Shown one piece after another: positions 37,845 through 47,134 of a stretch of DNA of 64,000 nt; positions within the stretch are counted from its first letter, which is position 1; every line of letters starts with the position of its first letter. A model generated the notes under the pieces. It saw only the letters and a list, made by a program, of their open reading frames with translations. It was not told where the DNA came from and did not search any database. The stretch lies in NCBI GenBank assembly GCA_026986575.1, contig JALSOH010000006.1:224001-288000 (forward strand). Direction: 5' to 3'. Made by a program: the position numbers and the translations under genes. This DNA comes from Thermoproteota archaeon. Its GTDB lineage: Archaea; Korarchaeota; Korarchaeia; Korarchaeales; Korarchaeaceae.

Positions 37845-39420
37845 GCAACAGAAGAGACTTGAAAAAAATGAGGATCTGACTAAACTTTTCCAAGAGGAAA
37901 TCAGGAAGATCCAAAAAGAGCTAGGGATGGATCCCGTGAGGAGGATTCCCAAGAGAGTTTTACTGGCAGACGTTAAGATAGAGAAAAATCTTAGGAGTGG
38001 TGTTAAGGAGGAAGGCAGTGATCTTCTCTTAAGTGGGGACCTTTCGCCCGATAGAATTGGGATAGTCGTCAAAAGGGAAGCTTTCATCCGTTTTTTACCT
38101 CCTCTTGATTTCCCCCACATATATGATCTAGCATGGGCATACTCTAACGCTGATCCCTCGTGGTGGTCCGAGTGCTCACAGAGGGTAGGACTACCTACGG
38201 TCCCTCCTTACTACGCTCCTGAGATATTTCAGGCCTATAATATCAGAGAAAGGATTGGTGTTGTCAAGAGTGTTCTTAAGGCCATAAATTTTCTATATCT
38301 GGAGAGAGGGCGAGATATTAGCTTAGAGGACTATATACTCTTGGTTTCAATAGCTAGGAGATATCCGTCTATCAAGCTATCTAAGAGAGAACTACAGGTC
38401 CTAAGATCACTCGTCTACGTCACTCGTTCTGAAGATGCCAAGCTAGAGAATTTGGCAAAATACACAGGACTTTCTCTTGCTTCTATCTCAAGAGCTCTCA
38501 AGGATTTAATTGGAAGGAACATAGTTCATGGACCTTATACGATATTCCCTTTGAGAATGGGGCTGACCATTTATGTAACTGAATTAAGTGATCCCGCGCC
38601 TCAAGAAATAAAGTTCATAGAGAAATTCCCTTTCACTTACAATGTCTATGTAACTGAAGACAATACTTACTATATTCTATTCTTAGTACCTCTCAAGTAT
38701 GAGAGGGTATTTGCTAAATTATCAGGAGATGGGCTTCGAACAGGAAAGGAGGTTCTTTTCTCGTTTGATCTTCACTCTCTAGACGAAATACAATCCGAAG
38801 AAGTACTGGGCCTCATGGTTGACGGCTACTCCAGAGCATCGGATACCCCTCCTACTTGGAGGGAGGTTTACAGGGGAATCAAGCCCCCGATAAAACTGGA
38901 TAAAAAGGACATCCTTGCGCTCAGTGTGATCAACAGTCAGGGAAAGGCCTCTCGTTCCTACCTCAGAAGGATTGGCGTACCCAATGCAGCGGAGAGGTTC
39001 GCTAGGTACAGGAGAAACGGGCTAGTAGTTAAGGGATACTTCCCCACTGGAGTGGGTCTGGGAGAGGCGGTGCTAGCTAGATTCGATGCTCCCTATAAGG
39101 ACTTCCTGAGGATCGGGGAAGCTCTCTCCAAGGTATCTTCCCCGATAATGTTCTACACCGAAGGCTCCCTTACAGGGATAACCAGCGTCATCCTAGTTAA
39201 CGAGAAGATCTTAGGTACGCTCGTGAAGTCTCTGAGGACGCTCTTCAGCGATCAGCTGATAAAAGTCGAGCACCTATTGGTTGCTGGTCCCTCCAACTGG
39301 CAGATACCCGTTGATCTGTGGAACGAGGAGGAGCAGACATTTGAAATGGACGTGGATTCATTACTTGGAGCCTTCTCAGGCAGGTTAAAAGAAGAGGTCA
39401 GGAGGGAGCTTTTGAGGTGA
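37843..39420 (+). CDS. Large regulator-like protein with tandem Lrp/AsnC-like wHTH modules
   Basis: LSKRELQVLRSL...LENLAKYTGLSLASISRALKDL and KLDKKDILAL...RYRRNGLV, each followed by an alpha/beta domain; about 175-aa N-terminal domain. Confidence 0.7.
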   Translation: MQQKRLEKNEDLTKLFQEEIRKIQKELGMDPVRRIPKRVLLADVKIEKNLRSGVKEEGSDLLLSGDLSPDRIGIVVKREAFIRFLPPLDFPHIYDLAWAYSNADPSWWSECSQRVGLPTVPPYYAPEIFQAYNIRERIGVVKSVLKAINFLYLERGRDISLEDYILLVSIARRYPSIKLSKRELQVLRSLVYVTRSEDAKLENLAKYTGLSLASISRALKDLIGRNIVHGPYTIFPLRMGLTIYVTELSDPAPQEIKFIEKFPFTYNVYVTEDNTYYILFLVPLKYERVFAKLSGDGLRTGKEVLFSFDLHSLDEIQSEEVLGLMVDGYSRASDTPPTWREVYRGIKPPIKLDKKDILALSVINSQGKASRSYLRRIGVPNAAERFARYRRNGLVVKGYFPTGVGLGEAVLARFDAPYKDFLRIGEALSKVSSPIMFYTEGSLTGITSVILVNEKILGTLVKSLRTLFSDQLIKVEHLLVAGPSNWQIPVDLWNEEEQTFEMDVDSLLGAFSGRLKEEVRRELLR

Positions 39421-40480
39421 TCTTATTCAGAATCTCTCCTAACTGGGACAGCAGTAATTGAACGTCTTCCTCCGTGATACTGGCCATTGTAGCAGCTCTA
39501 AGTATCTTCCCCCTCAGGGGACCCTGTCCTCCCGCCACTAATATGCCCCTCTTAGCTAGCTCCCTCCTAACCACCTCTGGATCTGGGACCACGAAGGAGG
39601 TCACGGTATCAGACATCTTACCTAATTCACCGGGATGCGCGAACAGCTCCACTCCAAGTTCCCCCAATCCCTCCCTCAAGAGTTCGGCCGCCCTATGGTG
39701 CCTGAGGAACCTAGCTTCCAGCCTCTCTGAGTGTATCTCCCTGAGTGCGACCCTCAGAGCTGCGAAAAGTGGAAGTGCTGGGGTGAAGGGCGTCTGCCTG
39801 AGTTTACCCATCGCCGAGCTCCTGTACCTCGTCAGGTCGAGGTAGTAAGGGGCTCCCCTGTAGCCCTCCCAGTCCCTCACCATAACGGGTGCTAAGCCCG
39901 GTGGAGCACCTATGCACTTCTGAACTCCCCCCACTAGAGCTTTGGCCCTCCATCTATCTCCCTTCACCTCAATACCCCCTATCGAGCTCACAACGTCCAC
40001 CACGAGATCAACTCCTCTATCCGACGCTAGGTCCGCTATCAGATCCATGTCATGCTCGATACCCGTAGATGTCTCATTGTGGACTACTGCTAAGAGATCA
40101 GCACCTCTCAAGGAAGCCTCCAGCTCTTCCTGAGGGGGTGTCTTGCCCCACTCAGAACGGATCACCCTGACCTCTCTAGCGTAGAGGGATGATATCTCCG
40201 CTAACCTCTCCCCGAACTTGCCGTCGACTATAGCTACCACATTCCTGCCCCTTGAGAACCCCGCTAGGGCCGACTCGAGTCCGGCAGTGGAGGATCCGCT
40301 TATGACGATGACATCTCCCTCAGCACCGAAGAGAGGTTTAGTCCACTCGATTATCTCTTCGTACATCCTCGAGAACTCCTCTCCCCTGTGGTAGGGCATC
40401 GGCTCACTGAGCGCTCTCATAACCTCAGGACTCGGATTGACTGGTCCAGGGATGAAGCTAACCTTGGAACCATTTGCCAA
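39398..40480 (-). CDS. Class V PLP aminotransferase (serine-glyoxylate / archaeal SerC-like)
   Basis: FIPGP, VHNETSTG, VDVVSSIGG, QKCIGAPPG; start reset to TTG 40480. Confidence 0.9.
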   Translation of the reverse strand: MANGSKVSFIPGPVNPSPEVMRALSEPMPYHRGEEFSRMYEEIIEWTKPLFGAEGDVIVISGSSTAGLESALAGFSRGRNVVAIVDGKFGERLAEISSLYAREVRVIRSEWGKTPPQEELEASLRGADLLAVVHNETSTGIEHDMDLIADLASDRGVDLVVDVVSSIGGIEVKGDRWRAKALVGGVQKCIGAPPGLAPVMVRDWEGYRGAPYYLDLTRYRSSAMGKLRQTPFTPALPLFAALRVALREIHSERLEARFLRHHRAAELLREGLGELGVELFAHPGELGKMSDTVTSFVVPDPEVVRRELAKRGILVAGGQGPLRGKILRAATMASITEEDVQLLLSQLGEILNKITSKAPS

Positions 40481-41798
40481 GGATCCCCAGCACCTCCCTA
40501 ACAATTCTCCTGTCAGACTCCCTCGTGTTCCCACCTATGTGAGGCGTGAGGATCACGTTGTCCAGCTGGCTCAGCCTCTCGTAGGCATCCTCCCCAAACG
40601 GTGGCTCCTTGGGGAACACATCGAGAGCAGCTCCCGCGAGTTTACCGCTCTCCAAGGAATCTATGAGGGCCTCCAGATCGACGAGTTCTCCCCTTCCCAC
40701 ATTGACTAGGTAGGCACCGTCTTTCATGAGGGAGAGCTCTCTCCTCCCTATCATCCCCTTTGTCTCCTCCGTCAGGGGTGAGGCTAGGACTATTATGTCG
40801 CTCTCCCTGAGCAGATCATCTAGGGGTTTCCCTCCGTCCTTGTACTTGTCGTAAAAGCTGACCTCCATCCCTACAGCCCTGAGCAGGTTGGCTATCTCGG
40901 ATCCAACTATCCCCATCGATATTATGCCTACCCTCTTCCCAGATACCTCGAATCCCTTCAGCCTCTTCTTGGCCCACTCCCCCTTGCGCATCCTCCTGTC
41001 GCCCAAGCTGATGCCTCTGGCGAGATCGAGGATGAGGCCGAGAGTGAGCTCGGCCACAGCTCTAGCCCTCACGGGAGCCCTCTCAACTATAACAGCCCTC
41101 CTTCTGGCCTCTGAGACATCTATATGATCGAGACCGTGCGTGGCGGTGATCACAAGCTTGAGGCGTCTAGCCGTTTCGAACTCCTCCGGTCCTAGGCTCT
41201 TGCTGGTCCTGACCACGACCACCGTGGCCTCGTCCAACCTATTCCAGTCCCTCGTAACTTCACCCAAGTCCTCTAATCTACTATCCAGCTCTCTGGGGAG
41301 ATTATCTGCCAACAGGAAGAGTTCCTCACTATCGGGACTTATTGAGAAGTCGCCTCCGGGGTCAGCGTGAGTAACGCCCTCCAACCCGGTGTTCACGTCG
41401 CTCATGACGATTAACCTGTCTTTGAGCGTCCTGGTGACCCTCATGGCTGCCGTCAGTGAGGAACCGAAGTCGTCGTGTGGATTCAACAGGTCTTTAAGGT
41501 ACCCGGCCCTGAAGACAGGCTCAGATGCGGCGAGGAAGTCAGGTTCAGTCAGTATAGACGCCGTGGGCGCCAGTCCCCATCCGAGGGAGGCGACCACCCC
41601 CTTCTCCCTTACCTCGGGGAGCCAGTTCAACCTCTCGCGGGGAATTGCCAGTTCGTAGAACTCTTCCTCCCTCACGCCTGACAGGACCTTGGCCAACCTG
41701 TCTACGCAGGGCTTCCAAAAGTAGGAGCAGTCACTCAACTCTCCAAAGGACACCACCTCGGAGGTGCGAAAGGCTGACACCTCCAAGGAAGGCCCCAT
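40458..41798 (-). CDS. serA: D-3-phosphoglycerate dehydrogenase-like protein with N-terminal extra domain
   Basis: GLDHID, AVAELT, NVGRG, LDVF..EP, TPHIGG; about 155-aa N-terminal extension. Confidence 0.75.
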   Translation of the reverse strand: MGPSLEVSAFRTSEVVSFGELSDCSYFWKPCVDRLAKVLSGVREEEFYELAIPRERLNWLPEVREKGVVASLGWGLAPTASILTEPDFLAASEPVFRAGYLKDLLNPHDDFGSSLTAAMRVTRTLKDRLIVMSDVNTGLEGVTHADPGGDFSISPDSEELFLLADNLPRELDSRLEDLGEVTRDWNRLDEATVVVVRTSKSLGPEEFETARRLKLVITATHGLDHIDVSEARRRAVIVERAPVRARAVAELTLGLILDLARGISLGDRRMRKGEWAKKRLKGFEVSGKRVGIISMGIVGSEIANLLRAVGMEVSFYDKYKDGGKPLDDLLRESDIIVLASPLTEETKGMIGRRELSLMKDGAYLVNVGRGELVDLEALIDSLESGKLAGAALDVFPKEPPFGEDAYERLSQLDNVILTPHIGGNTRESDRRIVREVLGILGKWFQG

Positions 41799-41886
41799 CT
41801 AACCTCAGGGCGATGAGACCCCTCATGAGATCACCTCTGCATGCGTCACCCCAGCCACTATATAAAGGTAATCCGCAAATACCCTT

Positions 41887-41955
41887 GGATGCCGTCCCAC
41901 CTCCGTTCCGCGCGCATCCCTAATCTATCCCCCCTCCTCCCTAATGGAGGGGGGA
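41887..41955 (+). promoter_or_regulatory. Structured 5' UTR with RBS-sequestering hairpin
   Basis: TCCCCCCTCC (41928-37) pairs perfectly with GGAGGGGGGA (41946-55); upstream GGATGC/GCATCC stem. Confidence 0.5.
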
Positions 41956-41956
41956 G

Positions 41957-42829
41957 ATGATGTGGAAAAAGTCCATTCTAGTCCTAGCCAGTATCTCGCT
42001 GATAGCTCTGCTGACTCTCCCCGTCTACGCCCAAGCGGGTACCGAGAAGCTGGCTAGAAGGTTGATACAGTCGTACGAGAACGTCAAGTCCTTTCTCCAG
42101 AGCATAATGGGTAATCTTGATGACGAGACGGCCAGCAAGGTCGAAGATGCCATAGCTAGGGCCGATCCACTGATCGAGGAAGCTAATACACTTCTCACCT
42201 CCGGAGATTACGAATCTGCGGTCGAAAAGGCTAGGGAGGCCCTTTCAGTGATAAGAGATGTGCTGAGGGAGATCAAGGATGTCGATGTGATAAGGGAGGG
42301 GGGAAGGCTTAGGATAGCTATTGGGAGGGTAAGCAGGGCGGTAGCTAGGGTTGAGAGAGTGATACAAGCCTTGGAGAACAGGGGAGTGGACACCACGAAC
42401 TTCACTTCCCAATTGGAAGAGGTAAGGTCGCTCTTGGAGGAGGCCAAATCCCTCCTCAAGTCCGGAGACTTAGAGGAGGCCCATGAGAAAATAGAAGAAG
42501 CAGTCAATGATCTGAGATCCCTTTACAGCGATGTGAGGGGAGCTGCTAAGGAGCACCTTAACCTAACTAGGGAGAAGGCCCTCAACAGGGTAAAGAGAAT
42601 CGAGAGGGCCTCTGAGAGATGCGTCGTCAGGCTGGACATGGTCTACAAGAAGCTAGTTAGGGAGAATAGGACGGAAGACGCTGAGAAGGTGCTAAAACTG
42701 AAGAATAGTATCGAAAGAACCCTACTTTCTCTGAAAAGGCATGTCGAGAATGGCCAGAGGTTCCTAGCGCTGGAAGATGTCAGGCAGCTTTTCAGGTACC
42801 TCAGGATCTGTCGCAGGATAGGTACCTGA
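41957..42829 (+). CDS. Secreted all-helical (coiled-coil repeat) protein
   Basis: Signal peptide; repeated LEEA..LL.SGD.E.A.EK..EA unit. Confidence 0.7.
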   Translation: MMWKKSILVLASISLIALLTLPVYAQAGTEKLARRLIQSYENVKSFLQSIMGNLDDETASKVEDAIARADPLIEEANTLLTSGDYESAVEKAREALSVIRDVLREIKDVDVIREGGRLRIAIGRVSRAVARVERVIQALENRGVDTTNFTSQLEEVRSLLEEAKSLLKSGDLEEAHEKIEEAVNDLRSLYSDVRGAAKEHLNLTREKALNRVKRIERASERCVVRLDMVYKKLVRENRTEDAEKVLKLKNSIERTLLSLKRHVENGQRFLALEDVRQLFRYLRICRRIGT

Positions 42830-42861
42830 CCACATATTTTTTCCCCCGGAGGGACATCCCG

Positions 42862-43695
42862 ATGAGACGGGGTCTCCCACTATCACTACTTGCAACGATA
42901 TTGACGATAACGCTGGTTGTAGCAGTGGGAGGCTTGACAAACGCGATAATAGAGGTATACCCGGATGGGTGGTGCACAGTCAGCATCAGAGTGCCTGTTC
43001 AGGATCCTATAGTCGAGATCCCGCTTCTGGGCCATCCCACTCTCCTAACAGTCGTGGACGAGGAGGGCCTCCCCCTCAACTACACGCTGAAGGGTGACAG
43101 GATATTAGTAGATGCTGAGGCAGCCGACGAGATCAATATCTCCTACGAGACCCAGAGCCTGACCTACAAAAGGGGCCTCGTCTGGAGCCTGAACGTATCC
43201 ACCACATCGTATTTGCTCGTGTCGGTCAGGTTAATTGGAGATCCCGATGTGGTAGGGCTCTCCAAGATCCCCATCTCCATAAGGGAGGGATCCTCCTACT
43301 TGGAACTGACGCTAGAACCTCCTTTTACCTTGGATTATGTTTATACATCTCCTCCTAGGGAGGGTAGAGGTGAGGGGAATAACCTCTCTTATTACTTGCT
43401 GGCACTGCTGCCCGCTCTAGCGATAGCTCTCTTCATCCTGAATAAAGGGTCTCGCAGCAAGAAGTTCGAGCTAGATTCAACGGATATGAGGATCCTTGAT
43501 TCACTCGCGGAGGGTGAGAAGAGCCTCTCTACCATAAGAGAAGAGCTGTCCTTACCCAAGACCACTGCTTGGAGAAGGGTAAGGCGATTGGAGGGCAAGG
43601 GACTAGTGGAGGTGGAGCGAACTAGGTCTGGGAGCCTGATACGCCTGTCCAAGTTGGGTAGGGATGTGCTCAAGAATAGGGGGAGTAGTCGCTAG
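42862..43695 (+). CDS. Membrane-anchored wHTH transcriptional regulator
   Basis: Extracellular beta domain, TM helix, then SLSTIREELSLPKTTAWRRVRRLEGKGLV. Confidence 0.8.
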   Translation: MRRGLPLSLLATILTITLVVAVGGLTNAIIEVYPDGWCTVSIRVPVQDPIVEIPLLGHPTLLTVVDEEGLPLNYTLKGDRILVDAEAADEINISYETQSLTYKRGLVWSLNVSTTSYLLVSVRLIGDPDVVGLSKIPISIREGSSYLELTLEPPFTLDYVYTSPPREGRGEGNNLSYYLLALLPALAIALFILNKGSRSKKFELDSTDMRILDSLAEGEKSLSTIREELSLPKTTAWRRVRRLEGKGLVEVERTRSGSLIRLSKLGRDVLKNRGSSR

Positions 43696-43730
43696 GGAAA
43701 GGAGATATTAAATCGGGGACCGCTTCCACG

Positions 43731-44885
43731 GTGAAGTCCATTCCGAAGATCAGGAGGGAACTACTCATAGTCCTGCTCAGCTCCTTCCTAGCAGGGATGA
43801 CGATCTCCCTCTACCAGCCAATATGGCCCTTCTTGGTGGAGGAGGCTGGCGTCGACGCAGCTACCTACGGGATCATAGCCTCTGGGGCCAACCTCATGGA
43901 GTTCGTTTTCAGATGGGCCTTCGCTGCCTTCGCCTCGCCTTCACTAACCTTCCTCATCGGTTCCCTTGGCATATCCCTCTCTTCCGGCCTACTGCTGGCG
44001 GACATATCACCTGTCATGATCTTCGGTTCCCTAGCCCTAGCAAGGATGGGCAGAGCTCTCCACATAATGGGGAGGAATCAGGTCACCAGTCTACTATTCA
44101 AAAAGAAGGTTGGGACCGCCTTTAGCTCAGTGAGGGTCTCGTGGCAGGTGGGAGCAATCCTTGGACCAGCTGCAGGGGCGCTCTTGGTGGCAATGGCGAC
44201 TAGGAACTTGGTCCTCGCGCTGGGCCTGTTCTTGGGACTGATCTCGGCTGCGCTGATCTCCCCTATGATAAGGGAATTCGGAGTCAGGGGCAAGGGGAAG
44301 ATCTCCTTCTGGAAGGGATCCCTCACTCCTGAAATCAAGGGGATAGTGGCTCTCACCATAGTCAACAACTTCGCGAGGAACTCATTCCTGCCGTTCCATC
44401 TAGTCATGGCCCCTGCAATCTTCGGTGCCGGTGTGGAGCACGTGGCCATGGCTGCGATCATCGAGACCCTGACATCCACCTTGGCAGGAGTACCTGTGGG
44501 GTGGCTCTCGGACAGGGTGAAGGATAAGAGGTCAGTCCTTGCCCTCTCGGAACTCTTCATGGTCTCCGGGATAGCGGTTTACATCGTGCCGAACGCTGGC
44601 ATACCTGGCTTTCTTATCTCAGCCTTCCTTTTGGGACTGGGCATGTCAAGCTACGCCCCCATAGCCACCGCCACGGTGTCTGAGATGGCCCCCGAAAATC
44701 CACAGGATGCAGTGGCGTTCCTCTCAACAGCTATATCATTCTCTAGACTGCCAGCACCGCTGGTGACCGGCGCGCTCATATCGGCGTTCAGTTACTCCGC
44801 CGCTTTCGGATTCTCGGCAGCCTGCCTGGCCTTTGTGGGCATATACATGGCCTTTTCATCCATTAGATCCGCAAGAGGATCCTAA
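43731..44885 (+). CDS. MFS transporter
   Basis: About 12 TM segments; GWLSDR motif. Confidence 0.88.
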   Translation: MKSIPKIRRELLIVLLSSFLAGMTISLYQPIWPFLVEEAGVDAATYGIIASGANLMEFVFRWAFAAFASPSLTFLIGSLGISLSSGLLLADISPVMIFGSLALARMGRALHIMGRNQVTSLLFKKKVGTAFSSVRVSWQVGAILGPAAGALLVAMATRNLVLALGLFLGLISAALISPMIREFGVRGKGKISFWKGSLTPEIKGIVALTIVNNFARNSFLPFHLVMAPAIFGAGVEHVAMAAIIETLTSTLAGVPVGWLSDRVKDKRSVLALSELFMVSGIAVYIVPNAGIPGFLISAFLLGLGMSSYAPIATATVSEMAPENPQDAVAFLSTAISFSRLPAPLVTGALISAFSYSAAFGFSAACLAFVGIYMAFSSIRSARGS

Positions 44886-44985
44886 CCGCGATTTAAGACC
44901 ACCTCGTGGGGTTCACAAAAAGCTGAAAAAACGGTCGGTATACGACTGTAAAACATGGTGATCCGGAAAATCTGAGGAGGGGAAG

Positions 44986-45711
44986 TCAGCCGAGGCCGAA
45001 TTCCAGTAACTCTCCTAAGCCTACAACCGGTTCCTTGATTCCGACCTCCTTGAGGACCGCCCATAGGGTTGCGGAGTTGCTAGATATTACTGGTTTACCT
45101 AGATCCACCTCCAAGGCCTCCAGAACCTCGAACGTCCTGAAGTTGGTGCAGCTTATGAAAAGGCCGTCGGCGTCGTGGTGGAAGGCCGCCTTCCCCAACC
45201 TATAGGCGACCTCCGGTGCCTGCCTACCTATCTCTATGTTGTCCTGTATGCCCAGCCCTATCATGGAGACGACCTTGAACCCATTGCCCTCCAAGAACTC
45301 CTCCTCCTTCCTGTTCACCTCATCTATGTAGGGAGTGGCCACGGCCACGCTCTTCACATCCAGATGGCGGAGGGCTTCCAGCACCGCTGTGGCTGTAGCA
45401 ACGGCCTTGACCCCAGTAACCCTCTCTATCTTATCCGCTATCCTCTCGTCGTAGCCCACCCCACCAACCAAGCTCCCGGTGGTGCATCCGTAGGCTATGA
45501 CATCTACGCCAGCATCGGCCAACATGTCAGCAGCAAGCTCAACGAACTCCTCCATCCTCTTGAGTTCCTCGACGTTTACCTTCCTGAGCCTGACCCTAGC
45601 CACGTGGAGGGAGACTCCCTCGGGGAGTACGCTCCTGAACTCCTCCTCCATGGTGGTGTTGGAGGAGGGTACTATGAGACCGACCCGGGCCCTCCAACCG
45701 TACATCCTCAC
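44986..45711 (-). CDS. Asp/Glu/hydantoin racemase - maleate cis-trans isomerase family
   Basis: GLIVPSSNTTME, YGCTTGS, ATPY, ISCTN (both catalytic Cys). Confidence 0.9.
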   Translation of the reverse strand: MRMYGWRARVGLIVPSSNTTMEEEFRSVLPEGVSLHVARVRLRKVNVEELKRMEEFVELAADMLADAGVDVIAYGCTTGSLVGGVGYDERIADKIERVTGVKAVATATAVLEALRHLDVKSVAVATPYIDEVNRKEEEFLEGNGFKVVSMIGLGIQDNIEIGRQAPEVAYRLGKAAFHHDADGLFISCTNFRTFEVLEALEVDLGKPVISSNSATLWAVLKEVGIKEPVVGLGELLEFGLG

Positions 45712-46418
45712 AACCCCAGGTAAGCTCTCTTCACGTCCTCGTCCCTTAATAACTCCTCACCAGTTCCGGATTTAACTATTCTCCCGGTTTCTAGGACGTA
45801 CGCCTTGTCGGAGAGCCTCAATGCCTGGTAGACGTTCTGCTCGACTAGTAGGATGGTATAGCCCTCCTCCTTCAGCTTCCTGACGAGGTTTAGGATCATT
45901 ATGACGAGCTTGGGCGCCAGGCCGAGAGAAGGCTCGTCGAGCATCAGGATCTCGGGTCTGAGTATCAGCCCCCTGGCTATGGCGAGCATCTGCTGCTCCC
46001 CACCGCTGAGCGTGCCAGCCAGCTGATTCCTCCTCTCCCTGAGGATGGGGAACAGGTTAAACACATCTTCCAGCGTGTCCTGAAACTTCTCCCTGGCCCT
46101 CTTGGTGTAGGCAGCTGCCCTCAGGTTCTCCATGACTGTGAGTCTCGGGAAAAGCTGTCTGCCCTCGGGAACATGGGCTATCCCCATTTCCACCCTCTTA
46201 TGGGGCTCCTCCCTAGTGATATCCCGATCCTTGAAGGTTATGATCCCGGACTTGGGGATCAGGAGACCCGAAATGGTCTTCATAATGGTAGTCTTTCCGG
46301 CCCCGTTTGCACCGACTATGGATGTTATGGTCCCCTTATCCACTTGGAAGGAGACGCCCCATAACGCTTGGGCGTCGCCATAAAAAACATCCACATCCCT
46401 GACATCCAAGAGGCTCAT
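45708..46418 (-). CDS. livF: Liv-type ABC ATPase
   Basis: GANGAGKTT, VPEGR, LSGGEQQM, DEPSLGLAP. Confidence 0.9.
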   Translation of the reverse strand: MSLLDVRDVDVFYGDAQALWGVSFQVDKGTITSIVGANGAGKTTIMKTISGLLIPKSGIITFKDRDITREEPHKRVEMGIAHVPEGRQLFPRLTVMENLRAAAYTKRAREKFQDTLEDVFNLFPILRERRNQLAGTLSGGEQQMLAIARGLILRPEILMLDEPSLGLAPKLVIMILNLVRKLKEEGYTILLVEQNVYQALRLSDKAYVLETGRIVKSGTGEELLRDEDVKRAYLGL

Positions 46419-47134
46419 AGTTCCTCCCTCCCTAGGTAGGCCTCTATCACCCTTGGATCGCTCGCTATCTCCTGCGGCGTTCCTTCCGCTATCTTCACCC
46501 CGTAATCCATCACGATTATCCTCTCCGAGATGTTCATCACCGCCCTCATCACGTGCTCCACCATCAGGATCGTCACACCCGACTCGTTTATCTCCCTGAG
46601 CAGCTTCAGCAGCTCATCCACCTCCGAAGGATTGAGCCCAGCCACGACCTCATCCAGCAGGAGCAGTTTTGGTTCGGTCGCCAGCGCTCTAGAAAGCTCG
46701 AGCCTCTTCTTCTCGGGTAGGTTCAGGGAACCGGCCCTCATATTCCTCTTCTCGTAGAGGCCGGTGAGCTTCAGCACCTCTTCTGCACGCTTCCTTGCCT
46801 CATTCACATCTGGATGCCTCAGCAGGGCGCCGATCGCCACATTGTCGAGGACCGTGAGGTTCGACAGCGGCTTCACTATCTGGAAGGTGCGGCCCACTCC
46901 CAGCTTGGTTATCTCGTAAGGCTTCCGCCCCGTGATGTCCCTACCGTCGAAGAATATCCTGCCCTTGTCAGGCCTGTAGTAACCGGAGATCAGGTTAAAT
47001 AGGGTCGTCTTTCCCGCACCGTTGGGACCGATAAGCCCCACCCTCTCCCCCTCATCCATGGAGAAGGAAACGTCATTGACCGCCACCAGCCCGCCGAACC
47101 TCTTCACCACTCCCTTAACTTCCAGCAGGCTCAT
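46415..47134 (-). CDS. livG: Liv-type ABC ATPase
   Basis: FGGLVAV, GPNGAGKTT, RTFQ, EAYLG. Confidence 0.9.
   Translation of the reverse strand: MSLLEVKGVVKRFGGLVAVNDVSFSMDEGERVGLIGPNGAGKTTLFNLISGYYRPDKGRIFFDGRDITGRKPYEITKLGVGRTFQIVKPLSNLTVLDNVAIGALLRHPDVNEARKRAEEVLKLTGLYEKRNMRAGSLNLPEKKRLELSRALATEPKLLLLDEVVAGLNPSEVDELLKLLREINESGVTILMVEHVMRAVMNISERIIVMDYGVKIAEGTPQEIASDPRVIEAYLGREEL

Noticed and set aside
37695-38120. 141-aa minus-strand ORF and the many other antisense ORFs in the track
   Set aside because: Shadows of real genes; Ser/Leu/Pro-rich with no recognisable motifs.
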